A DNA stretch of 64,000 bases from an uncultured Bacteriovoracaceae bacterium (GCA_937952395.1 CALFYV010000090.1:97408-161407); one strand, 5' to 3'. Positions 1-9,288 are shown, counted from the stretch's first letter. The notes: a model not told the origin generated them from the sequence alone. Translations and numbers: made by a program.

Positions 1-1239
1 TATTTCAGTCAACAATGGATGTTGTAATTCTGGGTTTGTTTTTAACAATCTATTATGTTCTTTATGAATTGCTTCTTTAAAAACTGTATCAAAAGATGTA
101 TTTACTTCTTTTTCTTCGTATTTAACTTTCATTGTCCTTAATTTCTTTTTAAAAGATTTCATCCATTTTCTTCTTTTTAACTCGCTTATGTTGATATATT
201 GAGCACCATCTTTTATTTCAATTAATGGTTTAGCTGTATTCCAAAAAGGTATTGGACAAGCTATAGGAGTTGGTGCCACACTTCCTGTTCCCCAATCGCA
301 CCAACATTGTCGTTCATACAAATAAGGAACCTTTATCATATCCGGTGCTCCATTACATGGAAATCCATAATAAGGAGGATCACCACAAACACCAGGTGAT
401 ATAGAATAATCAATGGTATAAGCAAAATACCAACTGCATCCTAGGAAGCTTACTACTGTCCACCAAGTGGTAGTACATGGTTCAGCAAACATAACTTCTG
501 ATGCTGGACAAAACTCTGTCCAATCACAAAAATAAGATGTAACTAATAATTGTGATGGAGTCATGCATAGACACGGACTTCTAGGTGAATCTGGACTGGC
601 GCAAAAATCATCAAGACAATCATCAACATCTGCATATGTCCCACATGAAGATGATTCAAAAACAGGGCATGGAGCACCAGCACTGCACCCAGGAGCAGCA
701 CAACAACAACCACCAGGATCATTTAAACATTCACAAATGTCTCTTTTATCCTCTCGACAACAATTTGTGTTAAATGTTTGTGCTGTTTCTATTTCTCCTT
801 GATCTTGCCAAAAACAACTTCCAAATCCTGAATATTCTAAAATATAAGCGCCATTAGCAAAATCACAAGACTCATTGTCTGCACATTGTCCAGAACAGTG
901 AACTCCTCCTGGGAGCAGCACGGGTTCGCAGGGATCGGGAGTTGGTTTTAATGGGCCACAAACTCCATCACTCCAAGGAATGCACCCATATTCCGCAATT
1001 GGACAAGGATCATCAGGGTCTCCTCCTGTTGCTTTCCAACAATCATCACAATGACGATTGTCATTATAAGTCATTCCACCCACAGCCAAAAAAAGACATT
1101 GAGGAGCACACCCACAGCATTCTTCAAACACTTCATTACACTCACATCCAGTGGATGAATCTTCATAACACCATATGCAATCATCACATGTGTAACATTT
1201 GCAATCACAACATTCTCCGAAACAAGAGGTGTCTACCAT
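1..1239 (-). CDS. Cysteine-rich protein, N-terminal 413 codons (C-terminus lies beyond the window start)
   Basis: Hand translation: ATG at 1239, and the frame stays open to base 1 (no tta/cta/tca triplet at positions 1 mod 3). It is absent from the ORF track because no stop lies in the window. It begins MVDTSCFGECCDCKCYTCDDCIWCYEDSSTGCEC. By my count there are about 47 Cys in the first ~335 aa, followed by a Lys-rich tail. Confidence 0.6.
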   Translation of the reverse strand, partial: MVDTSCFGECCDCKCYTCDDCIWCYEDSSTGCECNEVFEECCGCAPQCLFLAVGGMTYNDNRHCDDCWKATGGDPDDPCPIAEYGCIPWSDGVCGPLKPTPDPCEPVLLPGGVHCSGQCADNESCDFANGAYILEYSGFGSCFWQDQGEIETAQTFNTNCCREDKRDICECLNDPGGCCCAAPGCSAGAPCPVFESSSCGTYADVDDCLDDFCASPDSPRSPCLCMTPSQLLVTSYFCDWTEFCPASEVMFAEPCTTTWWTVVSFLGCSWYFAYTIDYSISPGVCGDPPYYGFPCNGAPDMIKVPYLYERQCWCDWGTGSVAPTPIACPIPFWNTAKPLIEIKDGAQYINISELKRRKWMKSFKKKLRTMKVKYEEKEVNTSFDTVFKEAIHKEHNRLLKTNPELQHPLLTEI

Positions 1240-1302
1240 GAAATTCCTATGGACAAAAAAAGAAAAATAACCTATATTTAGATAGTAAAATATGGGTTAA
1301 AT

Positions 1303-2739
1303 ATGTACTGTAAAATAAAAACACAAAACTGTTATTCTTGGCTTTACACTGATAACGACAAGCTTAAAACCGACTTGTGGAAAGCTCTAAGAGTCCCAGA
1401 GCTTAATTATCAACATAGCCGCCTTTACAAACAAAGGCTGTGGGATGGCTACACAGATTACTTTAAAAAAGGCACCGGAAGATTTCTTACTGGTCTTTTG
1501 CCGGAAGTATTCTCTGCCCTTAAATATTGGAATATTGATTATGAAATTATTGACGAAAGAAATAAAGTAGATTTTCTTTACAAAGAAATAAAACCAGATT
1601 TTCTAAAACAATGGGCAAATAAAGACAATAATTTTGACCTATATGATTATCAAGTAGATATTGTGAATCAAGTTATAAAACACCATAGAGGCATTGTGTC
1701 TGCTGCCACCGGGGCCGGAAAAACTGAAATAATGATTTCTATTCTTAAAGCCTTACCTCCAAATACTCCAACATTAATTTTAGCCAACAAAAAAAGTCTT
1801 GTAAATGAAAACTATTTAAGGCTTCAAGAATGGGGATTTGAGAAATTTGGCAGATTATATGACAAATATGTTGAACCCAATGTATTTACTTGTGCAACCG
1901 TCCAATCATTACATAAAATTGAAAAACTTTTACCTCATGTGCGATGTCTAATTGTCGATGAAATTCATGATATGATGAGTAAAGTTCCAAAGAAGTATTA
2001 TAATAAACTCAAAAATGCTTCAGTAAGAGTTGCTGTGTCTGCTACATGGGAAAAGTTTGGCGGAAGGGATAAAAGTCAAAGATATGCAGTCAAAGGTTAT
2101 TTCGGCCCTGTATTTAAAACTAATTGTGACGTAGCTGAAAAAGGTGTAGTTAAAACTAAAAAACTACAAGAAAGAGGAACTTTATCTAAAAGTAAATGTA
2201 CTTTTTATCCAATTAATGAACCAGAACTTCCTTACGACATTTATCTGGACGCTGTAACTAACGGCATCGCCAATAATTGGCATTTTCATGAAATTGTACA
2301 AAAAATAACCAAAAAATGCACAGGAAGAACATTGATTTTAGTAGAGAGAATTGCTCATGGTGATGCACTGCAAAGTCTCATGCCAGATGTTTTCTGGATT
2401 GCTGGAAAAGATGACATCGAGACTCGTAGAGAAATTATTGAAAAATTACAAAAATCATCTAAAAAAGATGTAGTTGCCATGGCTTCTCAGGGAATTTTTA
2501 ACGCTGGGATTAATGTTCATCTTCATAATCTCATTAATGCTGCTGGCGGGCAGGCTGAACATATTATTATTCAAAGAATGGGACGAGGATTAAGAACAGC
2601 CAAAGATAAAGATGTTCTCAATTACTACGATTTTATCTTTAATATTAACGACTATTTATTGAAACATTCTAAAAAGAGAATTCGTATTCTCAAAAAAGAA
2701 GGACATGAAGTCATCATTAAAGATAAATTGGATTTATGA
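1303..2739 (+). CDS. SF2 DEAD/DEAH-family helicase
   Basis: Walker A AATGAGKTE, DEAH-type box VDEIHD, SAT motif, motif VI QRMGRGLR. Confidence 0.8.
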   Translation: MYCKIKTQNCYSWLYTDNDKLKTDLWKALRVPELNYQHSRLYKQRLWDGYTDYFKKGTGRFLTGLLPEVFSALKYWNIDYEIIDERNKVDFLYKEIKPDFLKQWANKDNNFDLYDYQVDIVNQVIKHHRGIVSAATGAGKTEIMISILKALPPNTPTLILANKKSLVNENYLRLQEWGFEKFGRLYDKYVEPNVFTCATVQSLHKIEKLLPHVRCLIVDEIHDMMSKVPKKYYNKLKNASVRVAVSATWEKFGGRDKSQRYAVKGYFGPVFKTNCDVAEKGVVKTKKLQERGTLSKSKCTFYPINEPELPYDIYLDAVTNGIANNWHFHEIVQKITKKCTGRTLILVERIAHGDALQSLMPDVFWIAGKDDIETRREIIEKLQKSSKKDVVAMASQGIFNAGINVHLHNLINAAGGQAEHIIIQRMGRGLRTAKDKDVLNYYDFIFNINDYLLKHSKKRIRILKKEGHEVIIKDKLDL

Positions 2740-3629
2740 AAGATAAAATTAAAATAATTAAAGAGGATTTTGTTGAATGGAATATCAACCCCTCAATGAA
2801 ATGTTTAAAAATAAATGATAGAATTTATGATAAAAATATCATAGTCTCTCCCTGTGCTGCTGAACATTGGATTAGCACTGATTTATTTAAATTTAGATTA
2901 TATTGCCAAAAAAAACAAATACACGTTACTGGTGTTTGTCCTATTAATCAAATACCACTATTCAGTCTTTTCTCAGATGATATAGCCATCGTCGAAGACA
3001 ATCCCTCTTGGTATGAATACAAACACGCTACCACCAATGGTAGTTCTGTAAAAAAGATATCTGACGATCATGTCGATATAGAAAACGGTAACTTTAGAAC
3101 TGTCTTCTCTTCGGAAATATCAGACGATGAGGTAATAGAAAACTATAAACAAAAAACAGTTTGTATTTTAAAATCTGCTTATGATCTTTTTAGAAAAATC
3201 AAACACGAACTTTCTTCTGGAATAATTGTTATAGAATGTAAACAAGAATTCAAATATGCATTAAAGAGATGTTTGTCCAATGAAGATTTGCCGATTTCTG
3301 GGTTTGATTATTCTTTCCAAAAAGACTTGCTCGATAAAGTAGGCAAAGAAAACTACATGTCAACTCAAATATTGGCATCTAATTTTCTTAATTGGCAATA
3401 TATTTGTTATGGTGGGGCATCTAATCTTATGTGTGTGCTACCTGTCAAATATCTCGTCTTAAGAGACCCAACTCTTAACAACAGTGTAATTAAGATCGTT
3501 CAAGGATTTATGAAAGCCAAAGGATATGAAAAAATTCCATTTTTTAACGGTATCACCAATCCAGGAAAGTTGATTGGTGATTTCAAAATCCTAAAAAATT
3601 GGGATAGGCCAGAAATTATAGAATGTTAA
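2736..3629 (+). CDS. Hypothetical protein
   Basis: Long ORF, ATGA-coupled to the upstream helicase. No motif recognised. Confidence 0.6.
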   Translation: MKDKIKIIKEDFVEWNINPSMKCLKINDRIYDKNIIVSPCAAEHWISTDLFKFRLYCQKKQIHVTGVCPINQIPLFSLFSDDIAIVEDNPSWYEYKHATTNGSSVKKISDDHVDIENGNFRTVFSSEISDDEVIENYKQKTVCILKSAYDLFRKIKHELSSGIIVIECKQEFKYALKRCLSNEDLPISGFDYSFQKDLLDKVGKENYMSTQILASNFLNWQYICYGGASNLMCVLPVKYLVLRDPTLNNSVIKIVQGFMKAKGYEKIPFFNGITNPGKLIGDFKILKNWDRPEIIEC

Positions 3630-4279
3630 TCGCCTTCCCATTGATCTTTAGGTTTGGGCGACCAAGTTTTATCCACAAGTCGTTTCCAATATTCTTCTGA
3701 ACTTTCTCCCGGCTTGGGCACATTTTTTCGTTTAGGTTGATTTAACTTAGGAAGATCATCATGATATTGTTTTGCTGCTAATTTCTTCCAATAGTCTGGT
3801 GCTTGTTTTGCATCAAAATTATGACTATGTGTAAATTGATACGGACCAGTTAGATCAAAATAATTGATAGCATATCTTAACAAATCATCAATATTTTTAA
3901 ATACAGATGTTCCAACCAAATCCTTCTTTCTTCTTCTTCTTTCGGGAGAGGCATCTTTATTGAAAAAATTAAGACTAGGGGCATCCCAACTTTCAATTAC
4001 TTCGTCTGGTATTTGGACATATGCGTAACCATTCCACCATCGTTCATGGTAAGAACCGCCTTCCCCTTCGTCTATAAAATAAACTTTAAGTCCTTCTAAA
4101 TACGGCTCGTGTTGATGTGTAATATTAATTTCAATTAAAGGAGATATTCTTGGATCACGAGCAGGAACCTCATCGCCTCCACCCCAACCATAAGAGCCAG
4201 AAGAATCTCCACGGATTTCAAGAAGTTTAAATGCAGAAGAATATTCGTTCTCCACAAATTGACGAAAACTCAAATTCAT
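3626..4279 (-). CDS. Hypothetical protein with N-terminal FRQFVE leader
   Basis: 217-aa ORF coupled to its upstream gene. N-terminus is MNLSFRQFVENE (leader family, see findings). Confidence 0.6.
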   Translation of the reverse strand: MNLSFRQFVENEYSSAFKLLEIRGDSSGSYGWGGGDEVPARDPRISPLIEINITHQHEPYLEGLKVYFIDEGEGGSYHERWWNGYAYVQIPDEVIESWDAPSLNFFNKDASPERRRRKKDLVGTSVFKNIDDLLRYAINYFDLTGPYQFTHSHNFDAKQAPDYWKKLAAKQYHDDLPKLNQPKRKNVPKPGESSEEYWKRLVDKTWSPKPKDQWEGD

Positions 4280-5055
4280 CGTCCTCCAGCATCTAAAATA
4301 TCTTTAGTTTTTAAATTATGTTGCCACCTTGCCATCATTTTCTTAATGGAATCTAATGGAACACCATGAGTATTTTTGTCGGTCAAATATTGTGCAAAAT
4401 CATCTAATTTTTGACGATTTACATATTTATCTCCAAAAAGTTCTCTGTGTGCTTTCCAATGTGGTGAAGTCGGTTCTTGAACACGAATTTCATATCCTGC
4501 CTCTTTAGCATAACGAGCATAAGCGGCAGGCTCGCCAGCGGTGGTATTGGTATTATCTACAATTAAAGGGGTGACTCCTTGATCGACCGCCAATTTGAAC
4601 CGAGTTAAATTATCACCATGTGCTTTTCTTAATTTAGAACCATGCCAATTTGTTCTATATTCAACTGATTCTAATACATCCACCATTTGCTGTGCAATGT
4701 GTAAGGCTTCGTGATACTTGTTTTTATCGGACAATTCTTTGAATTGTAAAAAGATATCTTGATTATCAGCTTTAGGACGACTCCATTTAGCACCATACCA
4801 CATCTCTTTAATTTCTTCACATAATTGCCAAGCGTCATCTAAAGACAAAGAATCTATATTTTTTGATTTCAATTTATTGGCAATTGGATGGAATAGAGAA
4901 TCTGTAGAGAAAACGTGACCTTCAGCATTGCCACCATATTGTTGTAAAAGCTCACGAGTTGTGTAACTTTTACCTGTTCCTGGCAGTCCTCTCATGATAA
5001 ACACAATTTTTTTGTTCATTTCTTGTGTTTCCATATATGTACTAAATTTTTTCAT
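4276..5055 (-). CDS. P-loop kinase (AAA_33 / polynucleotide-kinase-like) with N-terminal leader
   Basis: Walker A GLPGTGKS and an IVDNTNT motif typical of PNK-like kinases. A 12-aa extension (MKKFSTYMETQE) precedes a second Met. Confidence 0.65.
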   Translation of the reverse strand: MKKFSTYMETQEMNKKIVFIMRGLPGTGKSYTTRELLQQYGGNAEGHVFSTDSLFHPIANKLKSKNIDSLSLDDAWQLCEEIKEMWYGAKWSRPKADNQDIFLQFKELSDKNKYHEALHIAQQMVDVLESVEYRTNWHGSKLRKAHGDNLTRFKLAVDQGVTPLIVDNTNTTAGEPAAYARYAKEAGYEIRVQEPTSPHWKAHRELFGDKYVNRQKLDDFAQYLTDKNTHGVPLDSIKKMMARWQHNLKTKDILDAGGR

Positions 5056-5363
5056 GTTTCATTACTAATCGAAGCTAAAGGTGGTTCTTGAAGTTGTGAA
5101 TCACTATCTGCTAGTAAATCAATTAGATCATGCACGGTGCCAGTTCGGTTTTTAATGGTTTGAATAGTCATGTCATCTGATGTTGATATCAAACCACGAT
5201 GAATCAAATCTGTCAATACGTCGTGTCCAATTGAGCTTAAAGATAGCGATAAAACAGCTTGATCATCATCGAGATTAAGCTTGTCTTTCAAGAAATTGAG
5301 AATGGTCCCTTTAATACCTTCTCGTTTGGCTTCTATGTTTTCTAACCATAATTTGAAATTCAT
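5052..5363 (-). CDS. Hypothetical protein with N-terminal FKLWLE leader
   Basis: 103-aa ORF. N-terminus is MNFKLWLENIEAK. Confidence 0.55.
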   Translation of the reverse strand: MNFKLWLENIEAKREGIKGTILNFLKDKLNLDDDQAVLSLSLSSIGHDVLTDLIHRGLISTSDDMTIQTIKNRTGTVHDLIDLLADSDSQLQEPPLASISNET

Positions 5364-5392
5364 AATAAATTATTTATGATTAGACACCAAAA

Positions 5393-6250
5393 TTACGCTA
5401 CGCCAAAAGAGTGTAAAAACAAAGATTGTCTTACTGGGACGCTATTTTTTACCTGTTTCCAATAACATGCTCGGGGATCAGAGTCTACTGTCGCTGGTAA
5501 TTCTGGGCCTCTGGGGAGGGGATGTAATATAATGGCGTCTTCTTTTAAAAGATTTGGGTTTAAAGGCTCAACAGAAGTGTTACAAACTGTTTCTGTTCTG
5601 CGTTCTAATTGAACTCTAGTCATATAGACAACATCAGCCTGACTTAAATCCGGGTTCTCACTTAAATCATACTCTGAAACTGGAATGTTGTAAATTTGTG
5701 CCATTTTTTTCAAAGAATTGATCGTTCGGGCATACTTTAAATCACCTACAATTGCTAAATTCAAACCATCCAAAGTCTTTTTTTCTTTCCAAATGGTATA
5801 AAAGTCAATAACAGCCTGACTTGGGTGTTCTCCGCTGCCATCGCCGGCATTTATAATTGGACAAGATGCTACCTCAGCAGCTTTTAAAGCCGAATCATTC
5901 TCTGGATGACGGAAGACTATCACATCTACTATTTCAGATACTGCTCTAACTGTATCAAGGTAGTTTTCTCCTTTTTTACAAGAAGAATTATCAAAAGCAT
6001 TTTCTACACTAACGACATGACCGCCAAGTTTAGAAAAGGCTGTTTCAAAAGAAAGTCTGGTCCTTGTGGACGGCTCATAAAAAAGACTAGCCATTGTATG
6101 GCCATACATTATGTCATTTTGTTCAACAAAAAATTGATCTTTGCCCGGAGGAAATAACTTCCAGTCATTTTTTTGTAAATTCCAAGCAGAAATAAAGATA
6201 TTATCTAATTGAATTTTAGAGAACTGATCGATAGAAATTATATTTTTCAT
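5393..6250 (-). CDS. pyrB: Aspartate carbamoyltransferase catalytic chain
   Basis: STRTR carbamoyl-phosphate motif, HPSQ and HPLPR motifs. Start moved to the internal ATG at 6250 (MKNIISIDQF), because the track's longer start runs into the divergent gene. Confidence 0.85.
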   Translation of the reverse strand: MKNIISIDQFSKIQLDNIFISAWNLQKNDWKLFPPGKDQFFVEQNDIMYGHTMASLFYEPSTRTRLSFETAFSKLGGHVVSVENAFDNSSCKKGENYLDTVRAVSEIVDVIVFRHPENDSALKAAEVASCPIINAGDGSGEHPSQAVIDFYTIWKEKKTLDGLNLAIVGDLKYARTINSLKKMAQIYNIPVSEYDLSENPDLSQADVVYMTRVQLERRTETVCNTSVEPLNPNLLKEDAIILHPLPRGPELPATVDSDPRACYWKQVKNSVPVRQSLFLHSFGVA

Positions 6251-6297
6251 AGTGATAAATAATAATACAACTTGATTCGAAAAGCAATACATAAAAT

Positions 6298-7095
6298 ATG
6301 AGTTACAAAACATTCAAAGAATGGTTGATTTCTGAGGGTAAGGATATCTTTGGTTTTGAACGACATCGCCAAGAAGAGGAAATTGATCGTCAAAAAAGAT
6401 TAAGCTCCCTTAAACAGCTTAACAGTGAACTTTTAATAAAAGAACTATGGCGGCCAGTTGGCTTAAAAAGACCTTCTTCTAATTTCAGTGATGAAATTAC
6501 TTGGGGACAAGTCAATTTAGGAGAAGCTATTCGTCTAGATATCAGCCCTTTTGGTTCACTTAAAATTATAACCAGAAGGATTGTAAATGATTTAGAAGGA
6601 AATAAAACTTGGATTTGTAAAGACGCAATACCATTGCCAGATGGACATTATGATGGAGAAGAAACTGTTTTAGCAATGGAGGTTTTTGATAAAGTAAATG
6701 AAATTAATAAAAGCCCCATCGATTCTCCAAAAAAAGACTATAATCTAGAACATTTAGCTTTAAAATTAGCAGGTAAAATAAAATTAGAGCGACCCGTAAA
6801 GATCATGATTTTTGATAGAATAAAAAAATTAAATGAAAATCATTATATCGTGGCTATGAACTTCAGCGGGCATGGATTAGAAGCACCAACACAAAGACGA
6901 ATGGAACAATTCCATATACATCTATTTTTCGACCCAAGTCGAGGATTGGTAAGAAGTTACGGCACAGGAATTGAATCGCCAACAAAGGTTCATAAATGGG
7001 AAGCACAAGTATCTGAATTTGACGAACACTTTGCTCCAACTCAATCAACAGAAGAAATCATTACCAATTTACTGAACATTCTTCGAACTTATTGA
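6298..7095 (+). CDS. Hypothetical protein with N-terminal FKEWL leader
   Basis: 265-aa ORF. N-terminus is MSYKTFKEWLISE. Confidence 0.6.
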   Translation: MSYKTFKEWLISEGKDIFGFERHRQEEEIDRQKRLSSLKQLNSELLIKELWRPVGLKRPSSNFSDEITWGQVNLGEAIRLDISPFGSLKIITRRIVNDLEGNKTWICKDAIPLPDGHYDGEETVLAMEVFDKVNEINKSPIDSPKKDYNLEHLALKLAGKIKLERPVKIMIFDRIKKLNENHYIVAMNFSGHGLEAPTQRRMEQFHIHLFFDPSRGLVRSYGTGIESPTKVHKWEAQVSEFDEHFAPTQSTEEIITNLLNILRTY

Positions 7096-7772
7096 TCCCA
7101 AGGGAACATTTCAACAAAAATATCTTGAATTTCGGATGTGATTTGTTTTTGATAGAATTCAATGTCTACCGAAAATGAATTTTCAATATCATTGAAATGA
7201 TTTTTAATTAATGGAGATAAAGCTAGGTAGAATGGGCTTACCTTGCTAAATGCAACCCATTTTATAATATCCTTATTTCTAATTATTTTTTCTACTTCTT
7301 TTTTGCCATAATCCTCACTGAAATTAGCAATATAAAAATTTCTAGTTCTTTTTAATTCATTTATTGCAGATTCTTGTGTGGTCTGAATGTCTACAGAGGG
7401 ATTTAGAACTTCGTATTTTCTGTCAAACTTCCTTTTCCAGATTTTCCATCTTCTCCAAGCTTTATCACCAACTAAGCATCCTGGTTCTATTAGAGCGTGG
7501 ACGGTTCCATCTGATATTAACCTCAAGCTTTGAATTTGAGCTAAAATATAAAGTCGATATTGACTATCGGGAATTAGACCTTGGGTTTCTCGGGCGAGTT
7601 TATAACAATATTTGAAGATTAACGATTTACGTGGATCGCCTTTTGGAAGTCTATTTTTATGGTAGTCAGGGAGTTCCTGATCCATTATTTCTTGCCAAAG
7701 AAGACAAAGTTTATATGCTTTGGCTTCTATTTCAGTCATTTCGTATTTTAAAATGGCTTCTAAATCTATCAT
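7089..7772 (-). CDS. Hypothetical protein
   Basis: 227-aa ORF. No motif recognised. Confidence 0.6.
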   Translation of the reverse strand: MIDLEAILKYEMTEIEAKAYKLCLLWQEIMDQELPDYHKNRLPKGDPRKSLIFKYCYKLARETQGLIPDSQYRLYILAQIQSLRLISDGTVHALIEPGCLVGDKAWRRWKIWKRKFDRKYEVLNPSVDIQTTQESAINELKRTRNFYIANFSEDYGKKEVEKIIRNKDIIKWVAFSKVSPFYLALSPLIKNHFNDIENSFSVDIEFYQKQITSEIQDIFVEMFPWDQ

Positions 7773-7894
7773 TTTTTGAAAAGTTCTTTCGCCATTTTAA
7801 AAACAAGAAAAACCAAAAACAAGAAATTAACCACATTTAAACCTAAAAGACTTAGCAAAACAATTTGATCAAGTATTTCTTTTGACAAAGGCAT
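7769..7894 (-). CDS. 41-aa single-pass membrane peptide (below the ORF-track cutoff)
   Basis: Hand translation gives MPLSKEILDQIVLLSLLGLNVVNFLFLVFLVFKMAKELFKK. AGGAG lies 5 nt upstream, and the stop overlaps the next gene's ATG (ATGA). Confidence 0.45.
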   Translation of the reverse strand: MPLSKEILDQIVLLSLLGLNVVNFLFLVFLVFKMAKELFKK

Positions 7895-7902
7895 AAAAAC
7901 TC

Positions 7903-8211
7903 CTATCTTAGTTTAAGCATGTTTATAGCATCATTTAATGTTTTTGCCAAGCTAGTTGTTCCTTCTTTGACAAACAAATCGAAATCATCTTTTGTATTAA
8001 GTTTAAAATCATTTTCATTACAAAATTTTTCAACTTTTTCATATAAACCTGGGGATTGTAAACAACAAGCCCAATGAGTGATTTCACCATTTTTTCTAAT
8101 TGGAAATGGACATATATTATAATGAAATCCTCCTGGTCCTTTATCATTCCAGAGTTTTCTTACGTCTTCCAGAACTTTATCTGCACAAATTACAGCATAG
8201 TAATTATTCAT
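7903..8211 (-). CDS. Hypothetical protein
   Basis: 102-aa ORF coupled to 8204-8539. Confidence 0.5.
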   Translation of the reverse strand: MNNYYAVICADKVLEDVRKLWNDKGPGGFHYNICPFPIRKNGEITHWACCLQSPGLYEKVEKFCNENDFKLNTKDDFDLFVKEGTTSLAKTLNDAINMLKLR

Positions 8212-8539
8212 TGGTCAAACCTTTAACCTCTAAAACAAATTTAGAGGTTTCATAATAATTTAAATTGAAATGTTTCGATAATTTTAAAAAATCTCCCTTC
8301 GGGCCGACCGTTAACGAGTTTTTCAACATGAAAATTTCAATTTTCTTAAAAAAAAGAGTGTCGGAATAGAATTCTCCGTAGCAGTATCGATTTTGATCTA
8401 CCTCTAATCTTAATGGTGACAGAGTTCGCCATCCAACTAACTTATCTTTAGTCCAAAGTTCTTTAATCCTATCATAATTTTCTTCTTTACAAGCAAGAAA
8501 AATATAACATGGTTTATTTTCAAATCGTTTAACTGTCAT
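8204..8539 (-). CDS. Hypothetical protein
   Basis: 111-aa ORF. Loosely resembles the downstream neighbour (the ELW..K segment). Confidence 0.5.
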   Translation of the reverse strand: MTVKRFENKPCYIFLACKEENYDRIKELWTKDKLVGWRTLSPLRLEVDQNRYCYGEFYSDTLFFKKIEIFMLKNSLTVGPKGDFLKLSKHFNLNYYETSKFVLEVKGLTNE

Positions 8540-9052
8540 TTTTATATTTATTGGTCTTGTTTTTCATTTTTAAATCACTATACTATTCTCAACTTTCGAT
8601 AACAGCGCTTACTTGACTAACGTAGAGAACGTATTTAACCGTCGTCTTTTGAACTTGATCGAAGACGAAGGGAAAAGACAGCGAATTGATTGTTTCTCGA
8701 AAGAGTTTTGTTCCCAGGCTCCGGGCTAGATAGTTGATTCTAGCATTGACTAGCGTTAAATATGCGTCGGTAGTCAATTTACGCCCCGAGGGATTTACGT
8801 CCTGGTTTGACGCCACTGGAATACGAATACACAAAAAATCAATCATGTACGAGGCCGTCACGCTGCCCTGAACCTCTAGGGGGTGAAAACTCTTTTTTTC
8901 CGCTTATCTATAATCTTATTGTACCATATTAAAAGTATTCCAGGTACAAGAGGAAAGGGGCGAAGTATATATTAATATAAGTACAATAGGACTTAATAGT
9001 ACTTATTGGCAAATTTTGTGCCAAACTTCTAAATATCAAGGAGGATAATTCT

Positions 9053-9262
9053 ATGTTTTGGTTTTGGGTAGTTTCAATTTTAATTGGCTTGGGTTGTTTA
9101 GGACGTTGGGGATATCTTCAATACAAGCAAAAACAAGAACAAGAAAAAGGTTTTGTCGTTATTGCTGCTTCTTTATTTTTGCTTTGGTTGTGTCCTGGTA
9201 TTGGATTTGTAGTTTTGGGAATAGTGATAGGTTTATTTTTGCTCTTTTCGCTATTGTTTTAA
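9053..9262 (+). CDS. Small two-TM membrane protein
   Basis: AAGGAGG lies upstream. Two hydrophobic helices flank a KQKQEQEK loop. Confidence 0.55.
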   Translation: MFWFWVVSILIGLGCLGRWGYLQYKQKQEQEKGFVVIAASLFLLWLCPGIGFVVLGIVIGLFLLFSLLF

Positions 9263-9288
9263 GTTTTACTTTCTGATATTATTCCTGC

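Noticed and set aside
563-1241. Three + strand ORFs from the track (563-802, 585-773, 942-1241) with His/Gln/Asn-rich, low-complexity products.
   Set aside because: They lie antisense to the continuous 413-codon Cys-rich ORF on the minus strand. They have no RBS, overlap one another, and their composition is what antisense TGT/TGC/GAT-rich codons would produce.
8589-8861. A 90-aa minus-strand ORF as a protein-coding gene.
   Set aside because: It has a GTG start and no Shine-Dalgarno sequence, its composition is atypical for this genome, and the region is rich in local stems. It is treated as a candidate noncoding element in the findings.
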